64,000 bases of DNA from Oikopleura dioica (lineage: Eukaryota; Animalia; Chordata), in NCBI GenBank assembly GCA_907165135.1, contig OU015566.1, positions 13,268,001 through 13,332,000 on the forward strand, written 5' to 3'. Both the position numbers and the translations under genes were made by a program. Below the pieces are notes generated by a model. It was not told the DNA's origin. It worked only from the letters and a program-made list of their open reading frames with translations, and made no database searches. Shown in pieces: positions 1 through 11,900 of the stretch. Numbering within the stretch: position 1 is the first letter of the stretch; each line of letters begins with the position of its first letter.

Positions 1-1
1 C

Positions 2-274
2 ACTAGCAACAGTGAAATTAGCGCCTACAACGCACAACTAACTCGGACAGAATGGCTCGGAATCGAGAAACAAAATGGAAATTGGGTTGACCTTACTGGT
101 GCACTAGTCACAACTTTTGTCTGGGACATGGGCGAGCCAAACAATGGTGGTGGTAATGAAAATTGCGTCGAGACCGACAGCTGGGGCTTTTGGAATGATG
201 TCGATTGCGCCAGCCTGAAATTATTCTCTTGCTATTTCGAGTCAGTGGTCGCCCTCCATGACGACTGTTCTTAA
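2..274 (+). CDS. 3' end of a C-type lectin domain protein (5' truncated by window edge)
   Basis: Frame 2 reads ...EWLGIEKQNGNWVDLTGALVTTFVWDMGEPNNGGGNENCVETDSWGFWNDVDCASLKLFSCYF...DDCS*. It has the WLG, EPN and WND motifs and CTLD cysteines. TAA at 272-274, AATAAA near 387. Confidence 0.9.
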   Translation, partial: TSNSEISAYNAQLTRTEWLGIEKQNGNWVDLTGALVTTFVWDMGEPNNGGGNENCVETDSWGFWNDVDCASLKLFSCYFESVVALHDDCS

Positions 275-989
275 TTTCCTCGTCAGAATAATAGGATTTT
301 CTTAACGCTTGCAGACGCAATAATTTATTCTGTTCCTTTCACCATATTTATTTGTGATTTTACTATTTATTCTCCTGTGTTATTTATGATAATGTATCAT
401 ATTTACTGTTTAAAGTTTTTTGTGTCTGAAAATACAAATTCATTCGAATAAAATGAAAAAAAAATCTTAGAAACAGTTTCTGAAAATAAAAAGCTCAATT
501 TCAGCTCGCAGTGTTCTTAAGAATATCAGGAAATCTTCATAATCTCGCAGAAAAAAACTCATTTTATAGGTGCGCTATCTTGGGAGCGTTTCTGAGAATC
601 TTTACTTTGAATTATAATTAATATTATCTCTAGTCGAGAATCAAAATATAGCACACCATGATTGGTCATAAAGATGAAAATCTGCACCCGAAAAATCCAA
701 TTTGAGGACCTCTCCCCCCCATGAAGAGTTGCGAAAATTGGCCTTCTAGGGCCTAGGAGCAAGTGTTTCTTTTCTATCTTAGATACACCCTTAATTTCAA
801 TTGAAAATTTTAGATCTAACCCTTGGCTACAACCGTTTCCCTTGTCATAATCTCTTGATCAACAATTTAAGGATACACAGGCCGCTCAAGGTCATGTTGC
901 TAGGAGCAAGCTTTTTTGGGTTTTTATTCGAGGGAAATCCTATATTTTTTCAGGAGAAAGCTAAGGCTTTGAGCTACAATCGACGAGAG

Positions 990-1074
990 CTGGATGTTCT
1001 TCATATTAGAAAGACAGATTGATCAGACAGAGATTAGTACCAAATGCGCCTGGTTGTTGGCGAAAAAGAAGCGA
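990..1074 (+). pseudogene. Decayed 85-nt copy of MyBP-C coding sequence (donor 7899-7983)
   Basis: Ungapped hand alignment to 7899-7983 gives 68/85 identical bases. It translates LDVLHIRKTD*SDRD*YQMRLVVGEKEA versus LAVLHIRNTDRSDTGCYKMRLAVGDKEA, with two in-frame stops. Confidence 0.8.
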
Positions 1075-1455
1075 GTTTTATTCTTTGAGTTCAAACACCT
1101 TTCCTTGTCTTGGAGTTTCTTGCCGTCTCCTAACAATCAAATAAGCTGTTCGTTTACGCTCTCAACCGTTTTCAAACTACCAGAATGTGATAAGAAACTA
1201 TATTCCCCAAATAAACTTTTGAAAAATAGTCAGGTTTCTTTTTGGAAATTCGTGGTAATGACTCATGGCTTAGTCGCTAGAACCTCCTCTTGTCCTCAAT
1301 AGCAATCTAGCCTAGATTATCTAGGTCATCTTATCAGCGTCCCATTATCAACCGCCACGGTCAATTCACAACCACCTGCTGGATCAACCCCTTTTTATCT
1401 CCATATAAATGCGTGCAGAATCTGCGCAACTCAGAAGAAAATTCAAAACAAAAAA

Positions 1456-3927
1456 ATGAAGATTTTTGATTTCCTCGCGAAATCCCGACTCGCTACATAC
1501 ACAAGACTTCAAGAAGCATTCACCGGTCAGAACGACATAGCAGAGCATTTGCAAGGCAATGCCGAGTGTTTTATGAGAGATATGTTGGTTTACGGAGAAA
1601 CGCATCCACTTGACTCTCTTCATGCGGATAATTTGGGCGGACCTCTTCATGAAAGTAAGTTGAAAGAGCCATCTTTATATCCATTAAACGGTTCTCTTGA
1701 CCTTTATTCTAGTGTTTGTCGTCGCAAAAACGCCAGACTCGTTCATGTCCGATAATGGCGAATGCCAAAAAATGAACTTTCGCTGGACAACCAACAAAAT
1801 CGCCGAAGTCACGTCGACACAAGTTACTTCAAACGATAATCTGCGGAGAATGCTTGGAGGCAACGCAAGAAGAAAGATCGAAGGAAGTCGAATGTATGCC
1901 AGAACATCGTTTTACCCAAAGAGTGAAGTGCACATTTTGGATTTTTACTTTGACGAGAGCTCGATGGAGGGGCAAAATGCCCGGCTCAATAAGCATCTTT
2001 ACGGGGAAACAGGAGGATATGTGATTCGAGGATCTTATGAATACGCGACTGAAAAATTTATCGTCCTTTTGCAAGGTAAAAAATAGATAGTCATGTTTGT
2101 TACTCAAAAAATCTTCAGGATGCCATGGTGGAAAAAAGACATCTGTCTTCCTTTGCTCAGAATGGGATTGCCCGCTTCAAGCTAATTTCGCTACTTTCAC
2201 CACAATGGCTGGCGCTCAAGATGATTTCTCGACTCTTCCACTGATTTACCCTGACAATCGAGATGCCAACTGCAGATACGACAATGCTGATCCTTTCTGC
2301 TCACCTTGCAAGAGCAAGGAAAACTGCTTTGAGCTCATGGACTGCTCTGATGGCCAAACTATTGATTCGACTAAGGTTGGTTCTCTTCGTTGTCTTCAAT
2401 CTTGATCATTTTCTATTCTAGACATATGCGAATCTAGGAAACTTAGGCAACGACTTTTTGATCAGCTTCGAAATCAAAATGCCAGCAGGCTACACTGCTA
2501 CCAAGGACAACTACTTCTTTACCTTTACAACCGATCCTGGCAAACAATCATCAGATGGCGATTACGATATTCAAAAGCATAATCCCTTGCCGAGGAGTAT
2601 TCAGTTCAGCAATCAATACAATGATGAGTTCTGGATGACCGTCACTATGGCATCACACACAATTGCTGGAGTCAGGTAACAATTATATCCCCAATTTCGA
2701 TGACATCATTTATTTCAAGGGCTTGGTTTGCCTTCTACGACTACCCTGACAGTCCTGTTATGGTTGAATACGACCACACCGACGCAAATCCAAATCTTCC
2801 TGATGGCTATAATATTCAAGAGGACTTCTTCGTCGTGGGCGGCACTGTTTACGACGTCACAAGCATTGGAGCAACAAGAGAAGTATGGCCCAACGAAGTG
2901 CGCAACGCATACGTTCAAAAAGGCTCGCTTCAGAATATTTTCCCCGAGTCTGCGATTTCCCGTCCACATGTTTCTAAGGTACGTCCGCAACTTCTTTTGA
3001 ATCTTAAAACAATTTTAGGGCTGGAAAATATGTCCCAAATTCGCTCAAATGGGCAGTACTCCAGTCGATTACAGTACAGCAAAAGCCAGCTGCAATGAAG
3101 TTGGAGGACACCTTGCTTTCTTCGATAATGCGGATCATCTCCAAACCTACAACACCATCAAAAGTACTCAGCGAGAGTGGCTCGGAATCGAGCGACAAAA
3201 TGGAAACCAGTGGTTTACCGTGACTGGTGTTGAAAGCACTGTCTATAATTGGGCTGGTGGTGAGCCAAATAATGCTGGTGGCATCGAAAATTGTGCTGAA
3301 AGCTACACCTCTCTTGCTTGGAATGATATCCCTTGCGGCGAAGCAAGATTGTTCTCTTGCCGATTCGACGTAGTTGTCGCTATGGATGACAACTGTCCAG
3401 CGAGTGTTTCTTGCTCCCTGAGTACGGAACCGAAGTTGACACTTACTGCAAAGACACGAAATCAGGGTGGTGGTGATCCTTCAGATGGAACTATTTCTTT
3501 CCGGTAAGTTTTTTCACGAATGTTTTTATTCCGAAAAATCAATCAAAAATTTCACCAGAAAGTAAAATTATCCATTTTAGAATACCAAAGACTGGCTGCG
3601 ACACGTGGTTTTCGATCGACAGTACCGGCCCTCTCTTGAACGCTGGAAGTACAGACGAGTTCGACTGGGATACGTCTGCTCTCTCGAATTCTTGTTTCGA
3701 AAATATTGATGAAATTGAAATCAAAGAAGAGAGTAACGATGGATGGATGCCAGAATGGATTACTCTCGATATTGTCGACTTTGTCAATTGTCAGACTACC
3801 ACTTATACATACCCGGTAAGATCAAGTGATTTGACTTGCCTAAAAATGGATTTTTAAGGGTGCTTGGGTTGATGCTTCGACAATTACGTTATCAAGAAGT
3901 TCGACGGAAGTTGCGAGTGGACTTTAA
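1456..3927 (+). CDS. Multi-exon modular protein: uncharacterised Cys-containing N-terminal modules + C-type lectin (EPN/WND) + C-terminal PLAT/LH2-like domain
   Basis: ORFs 1456, 1697, 2097, 2458, 2700, 3049 and 3636 join through short GT-AG introns. CTLD: ASCNEVGGHL...EWLGIERQ...GEPNN...ENC...WNDIPC. It is followed by TLTAKT...GTISFR|IPKTGCDTWFSI...LNAGSTDEF...IDEIEIKEESNDGWMPEWITLD...YP|GAWVD, which resembles the PLAT pattern. Stop at 3925-3927. The N-terminal exon structure is less certain. Confidence 0.75.
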
Positions 3928-4294
3928 TTTATTGCCAAAAAACCCCGAGAAAATATTTATCAATGACAAATATTATCGACGCGAATTTATCATCAATCCT
4001 TTCATGCAACTGAATTTATATGATAATATTTCATATACTGAACAAAGTTCATTATGACTGTAAATACAAACTCATACGATCAATATCAAAATAAATTATT
4101 CATCGAAAATGGCATTTGATTAATTTCCCAAAGATAAGCAAGATTGATGAAAAAATGCTAAATTTAGGCGTTAATCTGATCACTGATTCGGCATGGCTCT
4201 GTCAGTTGCGTCTTTCCGCCCCAGGCGTGAGCTCGCTATCATTTTTTTGGCATTTTAAGAGAGTAGCAGGAAGAAAAGATAATTTTGCGAAGAG

Positions 4295-7200
4295 ATGCCA
4301 GGTTCGAACTCATTCTTCATTTCGTTTATTGAAAATAATGAAAAATTCTTTCAGTGAAAAAATTCTCATTCAAAGATGCGGATAGACAGGATACAACAAA
4401 ACCAGCCGGTCTTCCGAAAAAAAAGAAGGTCAGCTCGAAATTCGGAGCAAAAGAAGAAGCTTCTCCAGCTCCAACTCCTAAATTAGGTCTGAAGAAAAAG
4501 AAAGACGCGAAGGCAGAAGAAGCTGCAGGTAGATCAAATTTACTGTCAAAGATAACTAAACTTCGATAAGCTAAAATCGAAGACAAGAAGATCCACCCAA
4601 TCAAGAAAGACGAGCCCAAAGCCGAGGAAAAACCCGTGGCTCCTCCAAAACCACCAACGCCTGAGCCAGCAGAACCCGTCATCGAAATCGAAAAGGGTGA
4701 TCCGGAAATAAACGAAACTGTTGTTTTGGGTTTCAAGCACGATTTCACTGAATTTGAGCACCATTATTTTCAAGCACTTTCTTTTTTGAAGAGCACCAAA
4801 TTTTAATTTCATTCTTTTTCAAACCCATTCGTTAGACCCAGAAGATCCAGAAGCTCGAGACCCTGACGGAAAATGGTGGATCATCAAGAAGGCAGCTGAT
4901 GTTCGCTCCTCTGAGGGAGAATCAGTTTCGATCACCATCGAAGTCGGCAAGGGCGATCCTCTCCATCCCCCTCGAGTTCAATGGGTGAAGGGAAAGTGGA
5001 ACGAAATCACCGCGGGCGACCGTTATCAAATGTCAAACGAGAAGAACTCCTACACTTTAACATTCACCAAGCCGAAAATGTCCGACTCTGGAATCTACAC
5101 GATCAAAGTTACTTCTGCCGCTGGTCAACTGGATTCCAAGACTTTCGAGTTGAAAGTCGGGCCCGAAAAATCCGCGAGCTCTGGAATCGTCGTTGTTCGA
5201 GGAAAGTTGCCAAAGAATGTCCAAGAAGAAGATTTGGACTTCCGAGGAAAGCTGAAAAAGGTCCAGAAACAGGTTGCCAAGGACAAAGAAGGCGAAAAAG
5301 TGGATATTTGGTCAATCCTCCGCGACGCCAACCCTCGAGACTATGACAAGATCAGCTTCAAGCACGGTCTGAAAGACTACCGCGGAATGCTCAAGCGAAT
5401 GGCCGCCAATAGAAAAGCTAACAAGCGATCAAACGCGTACGAAACCAAACTTCCCGATACCGAATGCGTCGCCAACAACGGTCGATTGGTTTTCGAAGCC
5501 GAAGTCGCCAACGAAGCTTTGGGCACAAAATGGTATCGAAATGGGCAAGAAATCACCGCGCAGAACACTCATTTCAAGATCGAGCAGCGAGGGAAGTTCA
5601 GAAAGCTAATTATCGAAAATGCTAATTTGATGGACGATGGACTCTTTGAAATCCGAGCTGGAGAGGAGAAGAGCTCCTGTGAAGTCCATGTTTTGGAGGT
5701 GAGTCTTTGTTGATATCATTTTTTCGACTCCCAATTTCATGTTCAAAAACACATAAAAAAAGTAGCGCAACACTAAGTAGCACCTCAGACGTGTCATTTT
5801 TGCACCCGTCAGACTTGATCTTCGCTATTTTTTCTTCCGTTGATGAATTATCTCTAACCCTGCTTTTTTCAGGCGCCTACTGCTGTCGATAAGGGCTTCG
5901 AAGATTTGCAGCTTGTCGAGGGCGAGGATGCGAAATTCACCGCGACCTTGAGCACCGCGCACGGCAGATTCAAGATTCTCAAAGATGGAATTGAAATTGG
6001 ATTGAACGACAATCATTCGATTTCTCGAGACGGCGCTGTGGTCAACTTTGAAATCAAGAAAATCACCAAGAGCGATGCTGGTTTTTATGAAATTCAAACA
6101 AATGGCGCAAAATCCTTTGGAGAGCTTATTGTCGACGCGAAGCCAGCTACGTTCAAATCTCGATTTTCCGATGTCAACGTCAACGTCAATGAACCAGCTG
6201 AGTTCTCATGCATTGTCGCCGACGCTGAAGTCGCTGGCAAATGGATATTTAACGGCAAACCCTTGGAGGAATCTGAAAATGTTCAAATCGTTTCTGAAGG
6301 AACCGACCGAAAACTCGTTCTCAAAGAAGTCGGAAAGAAAAATGAGGGCGAATATCAGTTCCTCGTTGATTCTAAGGATCATAAACAGCCTACTGGAATC
6401 ACTGCGACTCTGAAGACCTACGCAGTCACTATTGAAAAGCCTCAAGGTTTCATATAATGAGTTTTTCATCATCTTATAAATGATTTTAGTTCCTCCAAAA
6501 ATCTGCCTCTCCCTCGCCGCAGAGAAAGAAATCGTCGTCAAAGCCGGTCAAAAATTCACTTTGGATATTCCAATTTCTGGAGATCCGGCTCCTGAAGTGT
6601 CTTGGTTCATCGGAGAAAAGGCAAAAATGCTCTCAAACTTTTCTTCAATCATTTTTAGGAATTGACTTGCGAAAAGACTCAAACTGGCGAGTTCACTAAC
6701 CCCTTAGATCGACCATTTGACAAGCCTTTCGGAAAACCCACCGACCCAACTCAACGAGCTCAGATCAAAAATTCTGCCGAGCGAAGCCGTCTTCATATCC
6801 CAGCTGTTCACAAAGGTATTCTCAAATATTTTTTTTTTGAAAAAAAAACCATCGTTTTCAGCTGATTCCGGCGTCTACACTTTGAAACTCAAGTCTGAAG
6901 CAGGAACTGACAGTATCGACTTCAAACTGCTAGTTATTCACAAACCAGGAGCGCCAGGAATCCCAATTATCTCCGAGCTCAACAATGAGTGCTGCAGAGT
7001 TGACTGGACTCCCCCAGTTGAACTTGGTGGATGCGAAGTTCAGGAAGGGGTTGAAATTCTGATTATTTTATCAAATCTTCGAAATCCAATTTTTAACCGT
7101 CGAAACAGGGCTATATTGTCGAGCGAAAAAAGACAGCATCTTCCCGATGGATTCGCCTGAACTCTCAGCTGATTACTTTCCACAACCACCTCGCCCGTCG

Positions 7201-8803
7201 AATGGTCGAAGGAACCGCTTATCAAGTCCGGGTGACAGCTGTCAACGAAGTTGGAGTCGGAGAGCCTTCGCCAGTCTCCGAGTCGTTCACCCCAATGGCG
7301 CCTACTTCCGAGATTCCTTCGATCAGAAAGGGTCTTACTACCGACGAAAGCATCGAGCTCAAATGGGCTGCGCCAGAGGACCAGGGTGCTTTGGGCATGA
7401 AGGGCTATTTGATCCAGCTACAGGTCATCAATCAGTTTTCTTCTTATTTTGAATCATTTCTAGGTCTTGAAGAATCCATCCTCTGAAAATCCCTTGATGG
7501 AACTTGAAGATGATGCATGGGAAGACTGGAAAAAGACAAAGGTCGCTCCAGATGCAAACTCTCAAGTTCTTGACGGCCTTGAGACTGGAAAGACTTACAT
7601 GTTCCGAATGGCCGCGGAGAATCCAGCCGGCCGATCAAAGTGGACTACCTTCGGCCCGATCGTCTGCGCAGAAGCTATGGAAGATCCAAGGATCAACCTT
7701 CCGAGACCTCTGACAAGATTGGTCAAAATTCGATGCGGCGAGAAACTTCACTTCCAGGTCCCCTTTGTTGGCCGACCAAAGCCCCTTGTCTCCTGGACGA
7801 AGGTAGACTCTTTGCCCGAAGAAGGAGTAAGCACACTCCCAGAAGGGTTGGAAGAAAATCCTCTTGGCGACCACGTCACTGTTCGAGAGAGCCCCGGCCT
7901 GGCTGTCCTCCATATCAGGAACACAGATCGATCTGACACTGGCTGCTACAAAATGCGCCTGGCTGTTGGCGATAAAGAAGCGATCGCAGTTATCAGAGTG
8001 GCAATCGTTGAACCGCCATCGAAGCCAAGAGCGCTCAAGATTGTTGAAACTATTGGTAAGCAATTTTTTTTCTCGAATGGTCGATCATTTCATTTAGGAA
8101 CCTCCGTTCAATTGGAGTGGGAGGCACCAAAGGACGATGGAAACTCAGAAATCTTCGCCTACTCTGTTGAGAAGCGAGACAAACGATCAGGCCCCGATGG
8201 ACAATGGTTCATCGTCTACGAAAAGATCAGACACTGCAAGTGCTCGATTGATGACGTCATCGTCGGAAACGAGTTCCAGTTCCGCGTCAGAGCACAAAAC
8301 GAAGTCGGAATCTCCGAAGGAATCGCCACCAAAGAATTCGCAAAGATCGAGAAGGAAACTCTCACCTACACCAAACCCGAGTACAAGTCCCGTGATATCA
8401 GCCAGCCACCAAGCTTTACTCTTCCTCTGAACAACAGAAAATTAACCGTCGGCTACACTGGCACCATCTCCTGCTCTGTTCGCGGACATCCTAAGCCGAA
8501 AATCAGATGGTTCAAAAACAAAAGTGCGAGTTTTTCTTCCCGGTATAAAAACTAATCAAATTCAGTCGAGATTATTGACAATCCAAAGTACAAAACAACC
8601 GCTTCAATGGGAGTCGTTCAGCTTGAAATTCGACGTCCAAGAGCTCAAGATCAAGGAATGGCTCAAACAGATCCCTAGAATTGTCAATCCCTAGAATGCA
8701 CAAAATCTGAGCCACTTAAAAAGGCACCTACACTTGCTTAGCATACAACGAACACGGTGAAGTCAGCTGCGATGCCCAAGTTATGGTCCGGGAGCCGAAA
8801 TAA
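4295..8803 (+). CDS. MYBPC: Myosin-binding protein C (Lys/Pro/Ala-rich N-terminus, Ig C1, M-domain, Ig C2-C5, FN3 C6-C7, Ig C8, FN3 C9, Ig C10)
   Basis: M-domain tri-helix motif DIWSILRDANPRDYDKISFKHGLKDYRGMLKRM. C5-type PPKI...IVVKAGQKFTLDIPISGDPAPEVSW. The Ig/FN3 order is as expected. Predicted start MPG|V (ATG 4295, intron 4302-4354 gives MPVKKF); end GTYTCLAYNEHGEVSCDAQVMVREPK* (TAA 8801-8803). Confidence 0.93.
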
Positions 8804-8998
8804 ATGGACATCCTCTCCATTGCTTCAAATCTTCTAGCTTTTCTTTTCACACTTAGTCAAGGACTTTTCGAACTGCACATACATAAATAAAACTAATACA
8901 TGTTAACTTTTGACATTTTTCATGATTTTTATTCAAGAGGCAGTGAACTTTCTTTATACAAAATAATAAACAAAAGGTTTTTCAGTTTCGATCCTCAC

Positions 8999-11900
8999 TC
9001 ACTTTATATTTGATTGTATTTTCGTCGTCAAGCCATGTCTTTTGATAGAAACTGAGACCTGATTACAAATCTTGATTGATACCTGTAGCTCATTTGACCA
9101 GACCATGTAATAAATCCAATAACAGAGGCAGAAGGCGGTAAAAATGAACGGAAAAAGCACCCTGCTTTCTTTTTCGATTTTCTTCGACAAATGCCTTTTT
9201 TTTTTGCTTCAGAAGTTATAGTATATTACAAATATTCAAAGAATAATTAATGCTTTTGCTTTCATTTTGCAAATGAAAAGAGCTGAAACTGAACCTATAG
9301 TACAGTGCGTCAGCCAACTCATCATCTTCGTCTTCCGCTCTACTTGCTACGCGACTTTTATCGGTGAAAGTGAATGAAACCCCTACCCGTAGAATTTTTA
9401 GGAACTTGGTGATGAAGATCGAAGTGACTGTGATCCTGACTGTGAATGTTCGCATTTCCGTTCAATTTCGTGTTGAAATACGAAGGCGAATCGTAATGCG
9501 CCGAGTAGTTCGCACAGTATACTGATCCGTTCATACTTCCGTTGATTTTTGGAGCGCTTCCGTTGGTGTATTCTTTCTTTGTGGCTTTTCGTTTTCGAAG
9601 AGTTCTATTTCCGAAATCGAAAAAAGGATGTTGAAATCAAGGAAGAGAAGATCAACATTGTTTTTGAGTCGGATTCCGTTCCTGCAGTTTTTGAGATATT
9701 TCGAGACCAGATTGCAATGTCCCTTTTTCAATCGCCTAAAATATGGTTAGTAATAACTTTCTGCATCTGCCTATTAATCAAATAATATAAGTATATTGAT
9801 ATTTTGTTCCTACCTAGAGTTGCGGGCCAAGATGCCATCTGACTGCCGATAAAGATAATTGGCGATCGCATATTCCAACACCGCGGCGAAAACCAATACC
9901 ATGCAAAATGATAACCAAATATCGATAGCCTAAGAAAAAAGTCGTCACTAAAAATATCGGAAAAGTGGCCGCCCTCCCTCGTCATCGGTCATGGGATTGA
10001 TTGGAAAGAGTCTCTTTCAAAAGGGCGTTTCTGACAGGTTATTGATGATCGCGAGTCTGATTTTTCTTCTTGCGAACTTACTTTGATATAAGAAACTTTT
10101 GGCAGTGACATCGCAGCGCCATTTCGCATTGAAGAAATTGTCAGAACAGTCGTAATTCCCAACGAAATTCGAGCGGGCGTTGCTTCGATTGAGATCCAAA
10201 AAGAAACCCAAGATAAAATTACGAGCAGGAAGGATGGGACGTAGATTTGAATCAAATAGTATCCGATTTCCCTCTTTTCAATAGGTTTTCACAGTAATAA
10301 TTTCGCTAGAAAAAGCGCTGAATAAACCCCTGCCTTTAGAATGAACTTGGCTTCGATGCAAGTGTATGTGCCACTTGTGTAAACTTTGTCGCAAACTGCG
10401 GTTTGGTGACCGACTAACTTGAACTGCGGCATTTGGAGATCGTCCTAATTCAGCAGTAATGTACAGTTAAAAATACAGTCTAAAATACCTGCAAATCTAA
10501 CGGCGGCGTTTGTGTGTCTGGAGTTGGATTAGACTTCCATATTTGAAATAATCGAATTTGATTGGTTGCTTGTCTATTTTAAAGCTTTTGATTGGCTAAA
10601 GGTCATATGTCAAACAAAGAATTATTCAAATTTCAAAAGAAGATATCGACCTCATTTTCAGTGATTTCAAATGACAGTCAAAAGCTTGTGTTAATATTGA
10701 TAAGTTATGGAAGGAAAACACGAATAGTCAAATCCTCTTTCCTGTCCAGTGAAATTGAACATCATTCGTGTTGTAGCCAAAGCTCTCGGCGCGGAGGTTA
10801 CAGACTAATAAGTAGTTGTCGATTATTAATTAACCTTGCGTTTAAGACATCTTCACACAATTGATTAATTCATTCCACGGCCTCCCTTTTTAAAAAATGA
10901 AATCAACACTTAGGCCCTTGTCACTGAGAAAAGATTGAAAAAGGATTCAGCTTGTCTCAATAGAAAAAAACAACATGTAGGGGCAAATTGACCGCAGAAT
11001 GCCAATCTGCGGTTTTAAAATCTTATTTCAGATCTTTTAATATATATTTTTGGTCTTTTTTGGCCTTTTTTCAGTCACCTGATAAGAGTGCCTTCCATTT
11101 TAAAGTTAGGGTGGGGAAACTTGTCAAACTTCGTAGGCAAAACGAAGAAGAGCCAATCAGATTGCAGTATTTTCAGATTAAGCCAATCAAAGGTGAGCAA
11201 ACACATCTCCTCAACCCCCAAAAATCGATATTGCTCGCATTTGATTGGCTAAATCTAAAAATACTGCAATTTTATTGGCTCTTCTCCGTTTTGCCTACTT
11301 ATTTTGAGAATTTCTCGCATCCTAGCTATAAAAAAGAAGGCATTTTTAAAAGGCTGGCAATTCCGGAACATGTATTTGCTGAATTGTTACCTTGAACATC
11401 CATAGGAAAATGATTGAGGTACATTCTGCAAGCTGCTACCACTGTCAAGCGTATGGAAACGTAGACGAGTCCGTCCTCTCTGAATACAATCTTAGTTTTC
11501 ATAATCAATTAATCATCGAATCTTGCGGCGGTTTCACGTTCAAGCTCTTAGCATAAATTTTTAAGCAATTTCCAATTAAATTTCAGCCATTCATATTCAA
11601 GCAGATTCAAGAAGCAAAAGGAGAAAATAAACATAAGGGAAGTAGAAGCACTCGAGTACAAAAGTAACCAAATGCATATTCAAAATTATTTCGATGATCT
11701 CGATGATCTGCTGTACAACATGCCAAATACAGTGGCTCGAAAATCTGGAGTTACCTGATGCGGATGAGCGCGTTTTCGGTGATTATCTTGTGGGGCGAGC
11801 CTTCTTTCTCGTTCGAAAAGAACAAATCTGGCTTCCAAATTGCTTTGAGCACGTCTGAGTGCACTAAAATCACAGGAATACAACAGTGAAGCCCTTAAAT

